Positions 37,845-51,033 of a stretch of DNA of 64,000 bases are shown here, in pieces. Location of the stretch: the NCBI RefSeq assembly GCF_023055435.1, contig NW_025964361.1, positions 3,968,001 to 4,032,000 on the forward strand, read 5' to 3'. How positions within the stretch are numbered: position 1 is the stretch's first letter; each line of letters opens with the position of its first letter. Source of the DNA: Haliotis rufescens (lineage: Eukaryota). The notes under the pieces were generated by a model. It was not told the DNA's origin and made no database searches. It worked only from the letters and a program-made list of their open reading frames with translations. Position numbers and translations under genes: made by a program.

Positions 37845-39644
37845 TTATTATGATGAATCATGAAACATGCTCCTGATGTTGTCGCAATGGTGCAGTTGGC
37901 GCTACTTTTGGCAAGGGTTTCTCATGATAATGGAAATGCTTATGTCACTTTTGTTGACCGATAAACATGAAAAGATATAATGTTAGTGTATATGGTCATG
38001 TAATTAAGAAACAAACGACGAGTGGGAGTTGTTTATTGTACGATAAACAACGACCGAGACTCGTTTATTTCTATATGTGATATCAACATTACGTACAGCC
38101 TCTTTTAGGGTGTTAAATTAGGAAAAAATACACGCTTTACAATATTTACCCGTACTTAAATAATGATGATTCCTTGAATAGAATCCGACAGCGGCCATGC
38201 TAGATAAATCCATTTTAGGATTTGAGTTTGGTCCCGCATATTCTCACAATTTTCTCGTCAATCATCTGTACCTTTTCTCCCAATACCGATTGTCATATCA
38301 CTCTCACTTTCGGATTCTCCAGCAACATTTATTGGGAACAACTCACTAGACACATACCTCTCAAAAATAAGGTCAAATTTACAAATTTTACTTTTCAAGT
38401 TGCGAGTGCATGTTCGAATCTCAATAAATGACGTCATGATAGAACAATGTTTTATCGTGAAATAAATATCGCTTCCTTCTTTGTTCTTTGTGATTTATCG
38501 CGTAGCTATGTTATATCATCAAATGCCAATTTCTAATTGCTTTATCATGACGTATCCGTGTCATGTAGCAATAACATACACAAATATCGTTGACTCCGAC
38601 GTTGAATAGTGTCATGAAATATGATTATCCTCTTGTGTGCAATATTTCTGGTTGATAAATCTAACATATTCTTACTTTAAGAATAGCGACTATACATTAT
38701 TATATATCCCTTATCAGGTCTCTGTAACATTTGCAAAATGATACAAATATAAAAATACAACTGAACCTAAATGTAATGTTTTAATATCCTTACGTTGCTG
38801 AGTGCAGCATTTAACAACAAACAAACAAAACATAATATCTTTAAGAATTATGTTAACAATTCCGATGCTAAAAATAATCTCACAATCTCCATACCTCTTT
38901 CTCTCTAGGAAAACATAATAACTTTTTTTTTAATAATCTGAAGGAATAATAATGGCAATACTATCATAATTATCATCAGTTTTTATGTTACTTATCCTCA
39001 AGTGAAGTAGTCCTCCACACTATACATTCAGTGAAGAAGCCCATGAACATATGAACTATGTAACATACATTCATGGAAATTAGATGAACAGTTGAAGTTA
39101 GCAAATGATATTATTCGGTCGAACGTCTATCAGCCATCTATTCTATTCATGAAGAACATTTCACGTGGGACCAAGAGAGGGAATTATGACTATCGACTTG
39201 CTAATTATTTTTTATATTCATGCCAGCTCAAACGATCTATTGGCTTGATTTATTGTTATGGTATCCACAAAATAAGTAGGATCCGATTTTTTCCGTTTTT
39301 GTTGAAATAAAACTGAATAATATTTGCTGTTAACATATCAAAGTTTGCCAAATTGTTACAAAATGTTTGCCCACAGCAAGGCTACGTATCCCCAACATAT
39401 TGTGCTAGGCACAGTATCACCGGACTGAGGGAAGCGGTATTCCTCCTTGTGGGTCACCTGCTTGGCAATATGGGACGGGAAAACTGCAGGGGGTGAGGGC
39501 AGTTAAGTTGATGGTACAGACAGATAAGAGAGATCATTTTACAAATGTGAAACCTCAGTCCACAAAGGAAGAGGCGAAAGCTGAAACTTGGTGAGGTTTA
39601 CAGAACAAAGGCAGTTATTTCTAGTTTCTTACTGACTCTCGAAG

Positions 39645-39827
39645 NNNNNNNNNNNNNNNNNNNNNNNNNNNNNNNNNNNNNNNNNNNNNNNNNNNNNNNN
39701 NNNNNNNNNNNNNNNNNNNNNNNNNNNNNNNNNNNNNNNNNNNNNNNNNNNNNNNNNNNNNNNNNNNNNNNNNNNNNNNNNNNNNNNNNNNNNNNNNNNN
39801 NNNNNNNNNNNNNNNNNNNNNNNNNNN
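39645..39827. other. Assembly gap (183 N)
   Basis: Run of N. Confidence 1.
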
Positions 39828-40096
39828 TACACCATAAAAATGGCTACGTATGTAGTTGGGGTAGATATGTTGAATGCCCGGCCAGTATGACCTTTGAGTC
39901 ACTACAGTTTCAGTCATAAAATGCGTAAAACAGTATTTGAGTGAAAGAAAACACTATAAGTGAGTGAAACAAAAGACCTCAGTACAGGCACACCCAGTCC
40001 CCCATCCCTGCATGTACCAATACTCATACCTGCCACATCCTCAACCACTTACTCACACAATCATCTGACAACATGTTCGCCAACCCTCGTATCACA

Positions 40097-40131
40097 ACGC
40101 ATGCACGCATGCACGCATGCACGCATGCACG

Positions 40132-40181
<50 letters not shown>
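40097..40181 (+). repeat. (GCAC/GCAT)n plus (CA)n compound microsatellite
   Basis: Direct reading. Confidence 0.95.
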
Positions 40182-40182
<1 letters not shown>

Positions 40183-41214
40183 CACATTCTTCTTTCCCCA
40201 CTATTATGTCTATATAACTTATAACTATATCCGCCCTCATGTATCGGTTTTCGTGCTTTCATACATACATACACACCCCTACCATTCCCCTACATCCATC
40301 GCAGTATAACTATGACTATAACCGCCTTCGTGCATCCGTACTTATGTTCACATTGTATTGCATATGCATCGAATTACACGTTTAAAATATCGTAAATATT
40401 TTACAACATGTACATATTATATATCAGCAAACAGAGATTATTATAACGCATTAGATTTCATCCGTCAAAACATCACAGAAAGAGGGGCAGCCTGGAATTT
40501 TACAATGGCATCTGAATGCACTAAGACGTTCAACTGGTCAGGAGGTGAGAGTTGCGGAAGATTACGGTAAACTTCAGTTACAGATCTCCATTACGAATAT
40601 CTAAAGTATGAATAAAGATCACAGCTTGCTATGACGTGTACTTCATGCCTGCAGAATTAGCAATGTCCTTAGCTCTAAATTGTATGTCTAAATGCTTATG
40701 TAGACAAAGACCCAAATGTATATAGGCATGACCATATTATATTCTACGCAAATATCACCACATTTAAAAACAAAGCTAGATTGAGTCTTTGAAGGGCATT
40801 AAGAACTGATACACACAAGGAAAAATATTTATGGATGTCAACGGAGGAACACTGCGTTTCGGAATATATACTTTCTCCTTCATCAGGTGCATATTATTAA
40901 ATGCTATGAGGCAGAGAACATATATTTGTACCTGTAAGAACAACAAAAGTAAAAAGATAGCAAAGAAGGGAACGCAACAAGGGAAGCCAACAGATAACTG
41001 GCATGGCGCTGATTACCCCGCCTCCTGTTTGTCCATTGTCCATTTCCCATTACCAATCATTCATAAGTTAAGTTTTGGCTTAATATAATGTGTGTTACTG
41101 TTGACCACTTTCTTAAAGGCATTGTTGGTTCAAAGCTTTCGGTCATAGAAGCCGTGCCATTTTTCTCTTGTCCGAGGAGTACACAAAGTATACGTCATCT
41201 GGACTAACATTTTT

Positions 41215-41400
41215 GGTTCGGTGGCTGGGTTAGATCGCCAACTTTGTGTTCTGGCGATTGGGTGCCTCACTCACAGTGTGGGTTCAAATCCCGGACGGGA
41301 CTCAACCCAAGAAAGTACGAGAATCTGTACTTTACTCAGAAAGTGTTATCCCAATTATAACATTTGTTGTCAAGAAAACACAATAAATGTATATTCGGCT
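41215..41400 (+). mobile_element. Degenerate tRNA-derived SINE
   Basis: GGTGGCTGGGTTAG...GGGTTCAAATCCCGG Pol III box-like motifs without a full cloverleaf. Confidence 0.45.
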
Positions 41401-43572
41401 TTGGATGGGTAATGATATCACAGACATATACGGATATTGATGATGACTTGGAGGAGCTTCGTAACGCACGTCTTCTCAATTCAGGGATTGTTAAATCCAA
41501 ATATGTGTGTGCGCGTGCGTGCGTGCGTGCGTGCGTGCGTAAATGTGGGCCTGTTGGATGTTACATAAAACATTCATCTTGAGAGGGATGGTAGTTCGAG
41601 TTGGATTAGCATGTTAACTATATGATCTTCTTTAGGCAGAGAATGCCGCGCATGAATGTATTGATGAAATTCCTAGGTACATGGGGCCTTTTCGTCCCCA
41701 GGAATACCCACAGTGGAGACTTCAATGGGGATAGGGTGTACACAATGTGCTACCTGGTAGATTGTGTGTCATCAGACCGGTCTTTGACTGATTGTGGCGT
41801 AAAACACACTTATTCATTTACTTATATCGGAAATTGAATGTTCATCTTAATTGTTATTGTTGAACATGTAATATATTTTTAAAGAAATATAACAGTGACA
41901 TAATAACTACACTTTATGTGAGCGCGAGTAGCTTTTTTGGAATGAGATGAATAAGTCTTAAAAAGTTGTAAGCTTCTTCACAACCGTGTAACTATGAATT
42001 GACTTTATTGGGTAATCAAAAAAGAGATAGGACCTAAAATAGCCAAATTTCATACGATTTCACTTGTCCATCATCTTGGATGCAAGGCGAAAACATTTCA
42101 GCGCGTTTGAAGCCACTGAGAATGCCCCCTGCAGAGTTGGACGAAGTGTGTTATCAAACCTCACAGCATTGTTTTTTTGACTGACTGTAGCGTCAAAACA
42201 AACTCATTCATTTACTTGAACTGAATGTTCATCTTAATTGTTATGGATAGTCACGGAGCCATGATCCAGAGTACAGGGAGTTATTAGATAGAAATAAACT
42301 AAGTAATAATAGGATTACCAGAAAAACGGGGTTTTACACACAAGCCAATAAACTTCGCTCATTAACACCAGAGTAAGTCAGTACAAGATTGAAAACTGCC
42401 CCATAATTATGTATGACATGCTTGTCGGGTATTGCTACATATATATGTGAAAACAAAGCAAAACTGATGAAAGTTAACAATAAACGTCGTGTATACGTGT
42501 TATATCGTCACTGCAAAAATAATGATTGTTTGTCTTTAGTATTTACATTCAAATACGTTATATCTGTATTAGCGATATTGTCTTTGTTCCACCGGTGAGT
42601 CATCGTTAGTATAATTGTATTTCTGAAGACATCACGATACAGTTTTTACGATGCAACACGTCTGCACTAGCGCTTGATAACAGCCTTGTGTTTGGGTGTT
42701 TCAGTGGTTTAAATCGCTGCTCTTGATATTGTTGATTAAACTTTGATACTATGAACAATATAATGTTATGTGAGAGGTTGACTTTAGAACGGTAACATAC
42801 TAATAGTGTATAGGATGACATAAACAGAACAATGAGAAGTTCGTCCAGATTAGTGTATAGGCAACATTTAATAATTAAAATAATTACATTCAACAACTCC
42901 CCTTTTAAGTCAATTTTCCTGACTTATAAGTAAATACAAGAACAATCGGCCGGAATACAATGTATAGTTCTTGTCCACTTCCATATGACTATATAGCATA
43001 CAATAAGCTATCGGGTCCCGTTTAGATCGGTTTGGGTGGCAGCCTAGATAGCCATAGAATAGTTTCATCTTGGAATCTCCCATATCACTGGGAATCCTCT
43101 TCAATTTAAATGGAGTTACTCGTTACGATTCCGAACCTTCACGTGACTGTGTTTATGAACCATTGTCAAATAGTGGTGACATTAAATCTAGGAAACAATA
43201 CGCGAAATCGCGCATGCACAGAACGGAAAATTTGGTCAAGGCATTAAGTAATCCGCATGCGCAGAACGATTGATTTCAGTACTTCCGCTAAGCGCTTCGA
43301 GTGCAGCGTCAAACGCGGGCCTGTAATCTAACACGTGGGAACTGACCAATGAAATCTGAGAAGTAGAAATACCGGTAGACGCTGTTGCTTGATTGACAAT
43401 GTCAATCAAGAAAGGGAGGAGCTTAACGCTATCGTTCTCTCCCAGTAAATTCCGATGTCAAATAACGACGTTATTTGGACGGAAAAACGATGGTTTGAAA
43501 ACGTCCAAATAACGTCGTTTTTCCGTCCAATGACCATATACGGAAAAAAACGACGTTTTCGTGTTTGCAGTG

Positions 43573-45733
43573 TTATGCAAGTAGAGATTTAATATTACCC
43601 ATCTGTATACCTTTTATTTTGTTATTATTTCTTATCATTATTGCTAAGATTTCGGCACAAAGAATAGCGATATATGGTGATATCGGATCCCTCTGGCGAC
43701 AACCCCTTTAAACCTTAAAAAAATTATTAGCGTATCTATTTACCAAAACACTTGATTCAATATTTTTGAAAAAGACTTTTTCCCAATGTTGAATACTTGG
43801 TCCAAAATTTAAAAAAAGTTAGTACATTTCTTTCCACAGAATCAAATGTTGTTGGTTTTTTTTAAATCAATTAATAACAATAAACCTGGTATTTGGTAAG
43901 ATTAGATATAGTCCATCACATCATAAATCATTCTTGTAACCTCTCCTAAATATCTACCAGCAACAAAACCTTTTTGATCCTCTTGAATAATTAAAGGCCT
44001 AGGCAAAACATGTTTATTCTGTTTGCAATTGACGTTGCAGCTAACTTATAAGATGTGTTAAGAAGGGAGATGGGGCGCCAATTTCCTAAAAATATTTTTG
44101 GTTTATTTTCTTTTGGGATACATGTTATCAATCCTTCTTTTGGGCCTACTGATAGAGATCCATTTTTATAAGCATATTTTAGAGCATTTATTAAATATCT
44201 ATGAAGATCCACCCAAAACAATCTTATAAATTCTGCTGAAAACCATTCTTGGCCCGGGCTTTTATTATTTTTCATTTTTTCCTATGCTTTAAGTACCTCA
44301 TCATAAGTCAATTCTCCCTCAAGAGAAAAGGCTAAATCATCATCGAGTCTTGGCACACGGGTATCAGAAAATAGGTTATCTAAATCAATCTGTTTGCTAT
44401 CTTCAGTTTTATACAATTTCTACTAATAGTCTCTGACTTCTTGAATTAGTTCATCTTGTTTGTATAATTGTGTCCCATCTCAGTTTTCAAGTAATGATAT
44501 GGATTTGTTTAAACAGTTTCTATATTCTAGTGGCAGAAAATATTTTGGTCATCAAATGTAAATACTCTCACTTTAAGATGCATTGTCTTCATATTGATCT
44601 GGAGTATCATTAATTGCTTTTTTAAACTATTGTAACAAAGTGTTTATCTTTCAAAAGTGAGTTAATAAATTTTCAAAAGCCTTTTCCCCTTTGTGAGTGA
44701 GTGAGTGAGTGAGTGAGTGAGTGAGTGAGTTGGGTTTAACGCCGGGTTTAACAGTATTCCAGTTATATCGCGGCGTGTAAGCTTAATGTGGGAGGAAAGC
44801 CCGAATTGATGCATGTCCTAGACGTTTGCCACCTCGGTGAAACCCACGAGCACGGGTATGGTACTGACAAACCTAGAAACATAATTGGGGCGAACCGGTA
44901 TTCGAACCCACAATCATAGGTTTCTTGCGTGCCCAAGGGACGCCACTCTGCACAGCGAATCGCGGCGCCTCAGACGACTGGGCCACCCAGTGTCCCCCTT
45001 TCCCCTTTGTATATCTGAAAGTGAAACAGTAACAGATATAATAGAGTGGTCAGAATTCATACTGGGTATCATATCGCTGCCTTCAACTTACTGTAGCACA
45101 TTGTGTGAGACTGAAAAATAACCCAAATGAGCTTTCTTTATTGTTGTGGGTTGTAGCCAGGTGTATCTTCTTGCAGATGGATATAATTCCCGCCATGGGT
45201 CTATAGGATCTAAACTATCAATTGTCTCCAAAGTTTTTGGTTAATATGTTTATAATGACAAGTGTCTATATCTTATCAATTATTAAATTCCAATGACCAC
45301 ATGGAATGATTCTTTCTCCTGTTAATTCTACTGCGAGTTCCTTTATTTCTTAAATAAATTCTGGTTTGTCAGAATTTGTTCCATATAAGTTAATTATGGT
45401 ATATATTTTATCATCAATACTTACATCTAATGCCACAAACTTACCTTAATATTTATCTATAATTGAATGCATTACTTTGAATTCAAAATTGTTATTTAAT
45501 AAAATAGCAGTAACTATTGCTTTGCTTTTAAAAGGACAAATATAACATTGTTTATAACCCCATTGCGGCTTAATTTGGCTTGATCAACTGTGAAATGTAC
45601 ATCTTGTAGACAGTAAATCTGGGCTTTTTTTATTTTACAAAAAATAAATACTTGTTTCCTTTTAAAAGTATTATTTAAGCCTCTACAATTGAGTGATAAT
45701 ATCTTAAATTTCCCCTTTTTTGTATTTTGTCAT
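43573..45733 (-). pseudogene. Degenerate L1/Tx1-like LINE ORF2, 5' part (AP endonuclease to RT)
   Basis: Minus-strand translations FKILSLNCRGLNN, IYCLQDVH, KSPG...NWRPISLLNTSYKL, GCRQRDPISPY, ...KSLLA*; frameshifts, stops and a SINE insertion at ~44694-45000. Confidence 0.85.
44694..44992 (-). mobile_element. tRNA-derived SINE family 3 (long A-box to B-box spacer), inserted in the L1 relic
   Basis: Minus strand GGGTGGCCCAGTCGTCTGAGGCGC...GGGTTCGAATACCGG, (ACTC)n tail; other copies ~20725-20915, 24045-24230, 58325-58545(+), 60315-60590(+). Confidence 0.82.
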
Positions 45734-47040
45734 AAATTAATATTTTGCCATAATAAATAAGTATAGTTTTGTCTGTGTTGTGTATATTTGCACACTGCAG
45801 GTTTGGATGGAAAAACGTTGATAGATGACAGATGAACGATTTAATGTTTCCCCAAACTGTCCTGATTCTTTGAAAATAGTGATGTAACTATATCTATGGT
45901 TACAATGTTTAGGACACATGCTTCATGGATTAAGGAATGAAGTTTGTCGAGTGGCCAAGTCGTGTACAGCTGTTTTGACATAATTGAAGTTGGTTCATTT
46001 GTTTATTAAGATTACTGATGAAGCAACATTCACGAATGTAGTTTAAGTTAGTTCAGTTTTCCTTGGAACAGAAACCAATCCAGACGACTCAGCTAGATGC
46101 ACAGAAGGGATATTAGTGACAGTTATTGTTCAAACTACATTACGATTAATGTAGGGATAATGGTCGCCACTAACATTAATACTTCAATACCTCTGATAAG
46201 TTTTGAAATAAAATAGACACTCCGCAGTCCCAAACCCTTTGAAAACCGTTACATTAGCATGGTGGTGTATTAAAATATTGAGTACCTATTTGTTTCGGGA
46301 TTTTATTACTGGGTGAGGTTTTGAGCCATTAAATGGGTGAACGAAAGAGTGTTAGTAGCTCATCATACAAGTCGAGATTACGGGCAGGTATACACTACTA
46401 AGCACGGCCGCTGATGCCTAAGAGACACTATGAATTTAATTGAGAATATGCCTATCTTTTAGTTATTGGTTTCCTTAAAGTCATTATTATGTGTTCATCA
46501 GCTTTTAAGTTTCAACTGTGGAACTGTGATATGATAACGAAACCCTTCCCTGTACATATATTCGGTCTATGATGTTTAGGGCAAAACAACGTCCCCTAAT
46601 GTTTGTTAAGTGAGAGTGTTAGATATTATCATCACTCAAGATGAATCTGGAAGAGTTGGGTGTTACGTCTCCTTTAGCATTAATCAAACCATATATCTGT
46701 TTTGAATAGTTTATATGTATATTGTGGTTATTCAGTTTCTATTTTTCACCAAACTACAACACAAAGCTATACAGTCATTCCAGCAGCAGTGCAGAAAGCG
46801 CATCGATATTTGATAAAAGGAGTGGATGAAAGTGAGAAGGGTCTTACGCATTTCTTTTCCATGTTCCAGCCATGTCATGGAGAGAGACATTGTGCCCATG
46901 CAGGAAATCGAGCCCGGGCGTTTGGCATGACGGGCCAACACTAAGCTAACCATACCGCCTTCGGGAAGATGAAAAACAAGAAAGTGCTCATATGACATCA
47001 TATTTTTTTTTATTTTCAAAGATCAACCCATAACACTTTA

Positions 47041-48139
47041 TTAGTGACCAATGCCGTGCCCAAAGAAGGACCCCTGTCCTCCAAAGAGACCGGCAAAGCC
47101 ATGACCACCAATAAGACCACGCCCTCCAAAACCTCCAAAAAGACTATGTCCTCCTAGCCCCCCGAAAGCTCCGTGTCCAGCTACCCCATGTCCGCCAAGA
47201 ATTGACCCAGACCCTCCTAAGCCATGTCCACCGACGAAGGGACCAGACTCTCCGAAACCCTGTCTGCCGAAGATTGAGCCAGCCCCTCCGAATCCATGTC
47301 CGCCGACGAAGGGACCAGTGTGACCAAAGCCATGACCACCGACGAAGGCACCAGACGCTCCGAGACCCTGTCTGCCGAAGATTGAGCCAGCCCCTCCGAA
47401 ACCATGTCCGCCGACGAAGGGACCAGCATGACCAACTCCATGTCCAAAACCACGTCCGCCCATAAAGGGACCGGCATTTCCAAATCCATGTCCACCAACG
47501 AAGGAACCAGCATGGCCAACACCGTTTCCAAAGCCATGGCCAGCGAAAGGCCCGTGGCCATTGCCGTTGCCGTAGTTGTTGTAGCCTTTGTAGCTGTAGG
47601 TATAGCGGCCGTGACCAGAACCGAGGCCTCTTCCGAAACCGAAACCGTTTCCTTGGAAACCGCCTCCAAGGAGACCATGACCATTCAGAGGAAAGCCAGC
47701 ATGAGCACATGCGCAAAGAGCGGCGAGCAAAACGGCAACGATCTGAATCAAAATAGAAGATCACTTCAAAGGTTTCATGTTTTATTCTATTGATGATTCT
47801 AATAGCAGATAAATTCAATAAGAAAGAATTGTATTGTTTCAATTGAATCAACCCATATAAGTAAAAAAATCAAATTTTGAAGATGTTATAAGATATGTGA
47901 TGAAAGGTGTACGGATTTATCAGAATTGAATTGACTTGGATAAGGACATCGAAATTGAAAGCATAGTTTAGGCCGCGTTCAGAAATATTCATGCAATACT
48001 GATACAACACCAAGAGTTTTACACAATATACCACTTCTGGGACTAAAAAACACTTAACACTGTGCAGACCATCGCCTACAAGCCTAGAAGAATGGCCCAT
48101 GAAACAATAGACAACCAAATTCAGATATCTTACCTTCAT
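47041..48139 (-). CDS. Gene E: secreted Gly/His/Phe-rich protein, join(48139..48134, 47742..47041), 235 aa, MKIVAVLLAALCACAHA/GFPLNGHG...GHGIGH
   Basis: ATGAAG|GTAAGA; acceptor TTTTGATTCAG before 47742; GPFVGGHGFG repeats; TATATAA 48226-48220; AATAAA 47014-47009. Confidence 0.9.
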
Positions 48140-51033
48140 GGTTGAGTGTTGGGACGGTGCTCGCTGTTATGAAGCCCGAATCTCGAGTTGGTGTGATGAT
48201 TAGCTTAGCCCGATGACTCTTATATACACAGCACCTGTACAGTAAAGTAATAGCAGCCATTCGTATCCTTTTGTTATGATAATATGAATCAGCGATGGGG
48301 GTTGTGACCTCTCACAGATGAAAGCACCCTGCGGTTTTAGAACCCAAAAGTAAGGATCACAAGCAATGTCTGATTAATATTTGATCAGGGATGCAATAAA
48401 GTTTGGAGAGAGTCAGTATCTGGGATGAATACCCAACTGTTACTATTCATCTTTAGGTTCAAGGAGCACCTTAATTTGCATATTGATAATTGAAAGGTAT
48501 GGCTCTGTAGCCATGTCATGGACAACATATGTACTGAATTGAGAGCCTTGAAAGGTCTATTCACACACAAAATGTTGTTTGGTGTTTATTGCACTAGCAA
48601 TATTCTCGTAATATGACATTGACTTGAAAATAATCGAGTCGGGATTTGACAATCTGTTGACTGATATTGATTGATATCTACGCCTTCGGGGTACGATGAC
48701 ACGCAATCAACCACGTCAAGAATCCCTACTGTCCGATTCATATGGTCATCTCTTGGGACCAAGATACATTGTATCGTAACTGTGTGTGAATGTAGTTTTT
48801 GTGTCATGAACTAAACTGTAGTTAAAAGGAAATATTTCATCAAGAAAACATGATTTTGTTCATATATATTTAGATTATAATCAGATAAGAAATTGTGTTG
48901 AAGTAGTGACACCAACGTTATTCACATGGTTGAGCATCTTGTGTCGACGTCTTATCCAACTGGATACAATCTCGTTTTCCAACAATGTCAGTCACTGTCC
49001 AGTAGGACATGATGCAATGTATCGTCAGATATTGGTTGTTCGGCAGACAGAGGTGATATGCGGCTATTATCTGAAGACTTTTCTATCTCACAGTTTGGCC
49101 GATAAAGCCATCTTATGTCGTTACATATGTACATATATTACAGATGTTAATATGAGAATGTAAACTACAATGGCAAATTGCGCAACGCCAGAGAACAACC
49201 AGCCTCAATTATCTACCGATTACAATGAGCGTGAAAGGCAAAATAGCGGTGAAAATTATATGAATGGATCACTGAAACTGATACCAGGTGTTCGCGAACA
49301 CCGATACAAACAGGGAACGTCCCTAAACCTCATGTAGGTAGTCATGTACTTGTATTTTGGTGTAAAACCATGTAGATAAAATCTCAATATTATCCTATAA
49401 CCGGTATATACAGTTGAACTGTATCATTCTCTTACAACCCCCCTGTCTTTACTGCACGTTGAATGTTGTAATTACATATGTACGCCCAGAACTCGAGTTA
49501 GTTATAAAGGATGTGTTAAATAAGTTGTTTTCCAATTGGTTCTATATATTGTTTGTAAAAATAAATTTAGGTTTTTTGTTTGTAAATGTCAATAATGGTT
49601 GCATCCTCTTCCAGTTTGGATTTGCTTCGCTAGGTGTATACATCTATCAAAAATGCATTCATGTTGTTTTTGGTACTCTGTACTCTCACATACATACGTA
49701 GATTGAAATACAAACATGTACAATGTACATAAAAAAAGGACACACAGTTCACCTTTTGAGTTTCGATCTGTCTTTGTGTACATAGCAAGCATGAAGGACC
49801 AAATATTTTGTGCGAATAAAAGCGTATATTCACTTCAAAATCCAAAGCATATTCTCGTTAATATGTACATGTATGCGCTTGTGTGTTGTGTCGGGGTTGG
49901 GGTGAGGACGAATATTCATTTAGAATATGGTTAAATGAGTATTTTACTTATTAATATATATTGTAGCTGTCTCTTAACTTGACCACCATCAATTCTTAAT
50001 GTATAAGATCTCATGAATCATCATTGTCACAGCTTAACACTCTATACCATTTAATCAAAGCAAGAAATTCAATGGCAATGATATTAGATGAATATATGTG
50101 GTTATTCATTGATATTGTGAGGAAATAAAAACGACACTGTGTCAGATACAAGACACTGAATATTCGATTCCTTGTATTAAATTACAAGCAAGAAGGCTGA
50201 ATGTTCCTTACGCTGACTGATGAACTCGTTAAGGTAACATTTAATTTTAAGATTCGCTCGCTGTGTAGACTCGGTTACCCACATGGGTACAATATATGAG
50301 AACACTTCTTACTGTCACGTCCTGGAATTCCTGGGATATATCCAAAGACGACATAAAACTCTACTTAATCTCTCACTTGCGTTTTCCTGGGACAATCACA
50401 TTATTTTCAAATGGATTTAGTATCTTACTACGTCTTGTTGCATGATCTCATGACCAATTGAAAATGTATAACTGCAATATACAGAAAAAATATTGTAACC
50501 ACTGCATCATTTAACTTATACGCCATGCTGTATCTCACATTGATTTCCTGATTCACCAAGAGCACATAGTTATTAAAATCAACATGCATTCATCCTCTAA
50601 AGTCATTTGGTTTTACTTTACGAAACGTTTATGAAATTTAGTATTAACAATATTTCGAAGCTAGAGAAATCCATTCAATTCCAAATCTCATAAATACATG
50701 TAAATATGTGCGATTTGAAACTAGATCTAGCTCTGTGAGGGAAATTGATTAAACAGTTTTTCTTCCATATATCATGCAAGTTCAAGTCAACTATTGAGAA
50801 CAGTCTTGTGAGCTTCGCGAAATGCTGTGAATATTCATCATAGTTTATTGCTGTTTGACCGCAAATGAATAAATTTATTATCCGTAACTTTGTATTTAAC
50901 ATAACAATAGAGGATTGAAGGAAAGCAATAATTTATTCGTGATTTGTGTCTATATATGAGCGCTCGTTTCAACAAGTCTTCAAACCTTTCTTCGCTTCTC
51001 ATCAAAGAACATTGCCAGATTCTGATCTCAACC

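Larger units (their letters stand above)
29419..43572. mobile_element. CACTA/EnSpm(CMC)-type DNA transposon, 14.15 kb, CACTG termini, perfect 59-bp TIRs, 3-bp TSD TTA, no visible transposase
   Basis: CACTGCAAACACGAAAACGTCG...GGACGGAAAAACGAC at 29419-29477 and its exact reverse complement at 43514-43572; TTA at 29416-29418 and 43573-43575; subterminal GGACGGAAAAACGA repeats; flanks rejoin one L1 reading frame. Confidence 0.88.

Noticed and set aside
39621-39917. ORFs spanning the N run
   Set aside because: Artefacts of the assembly gap
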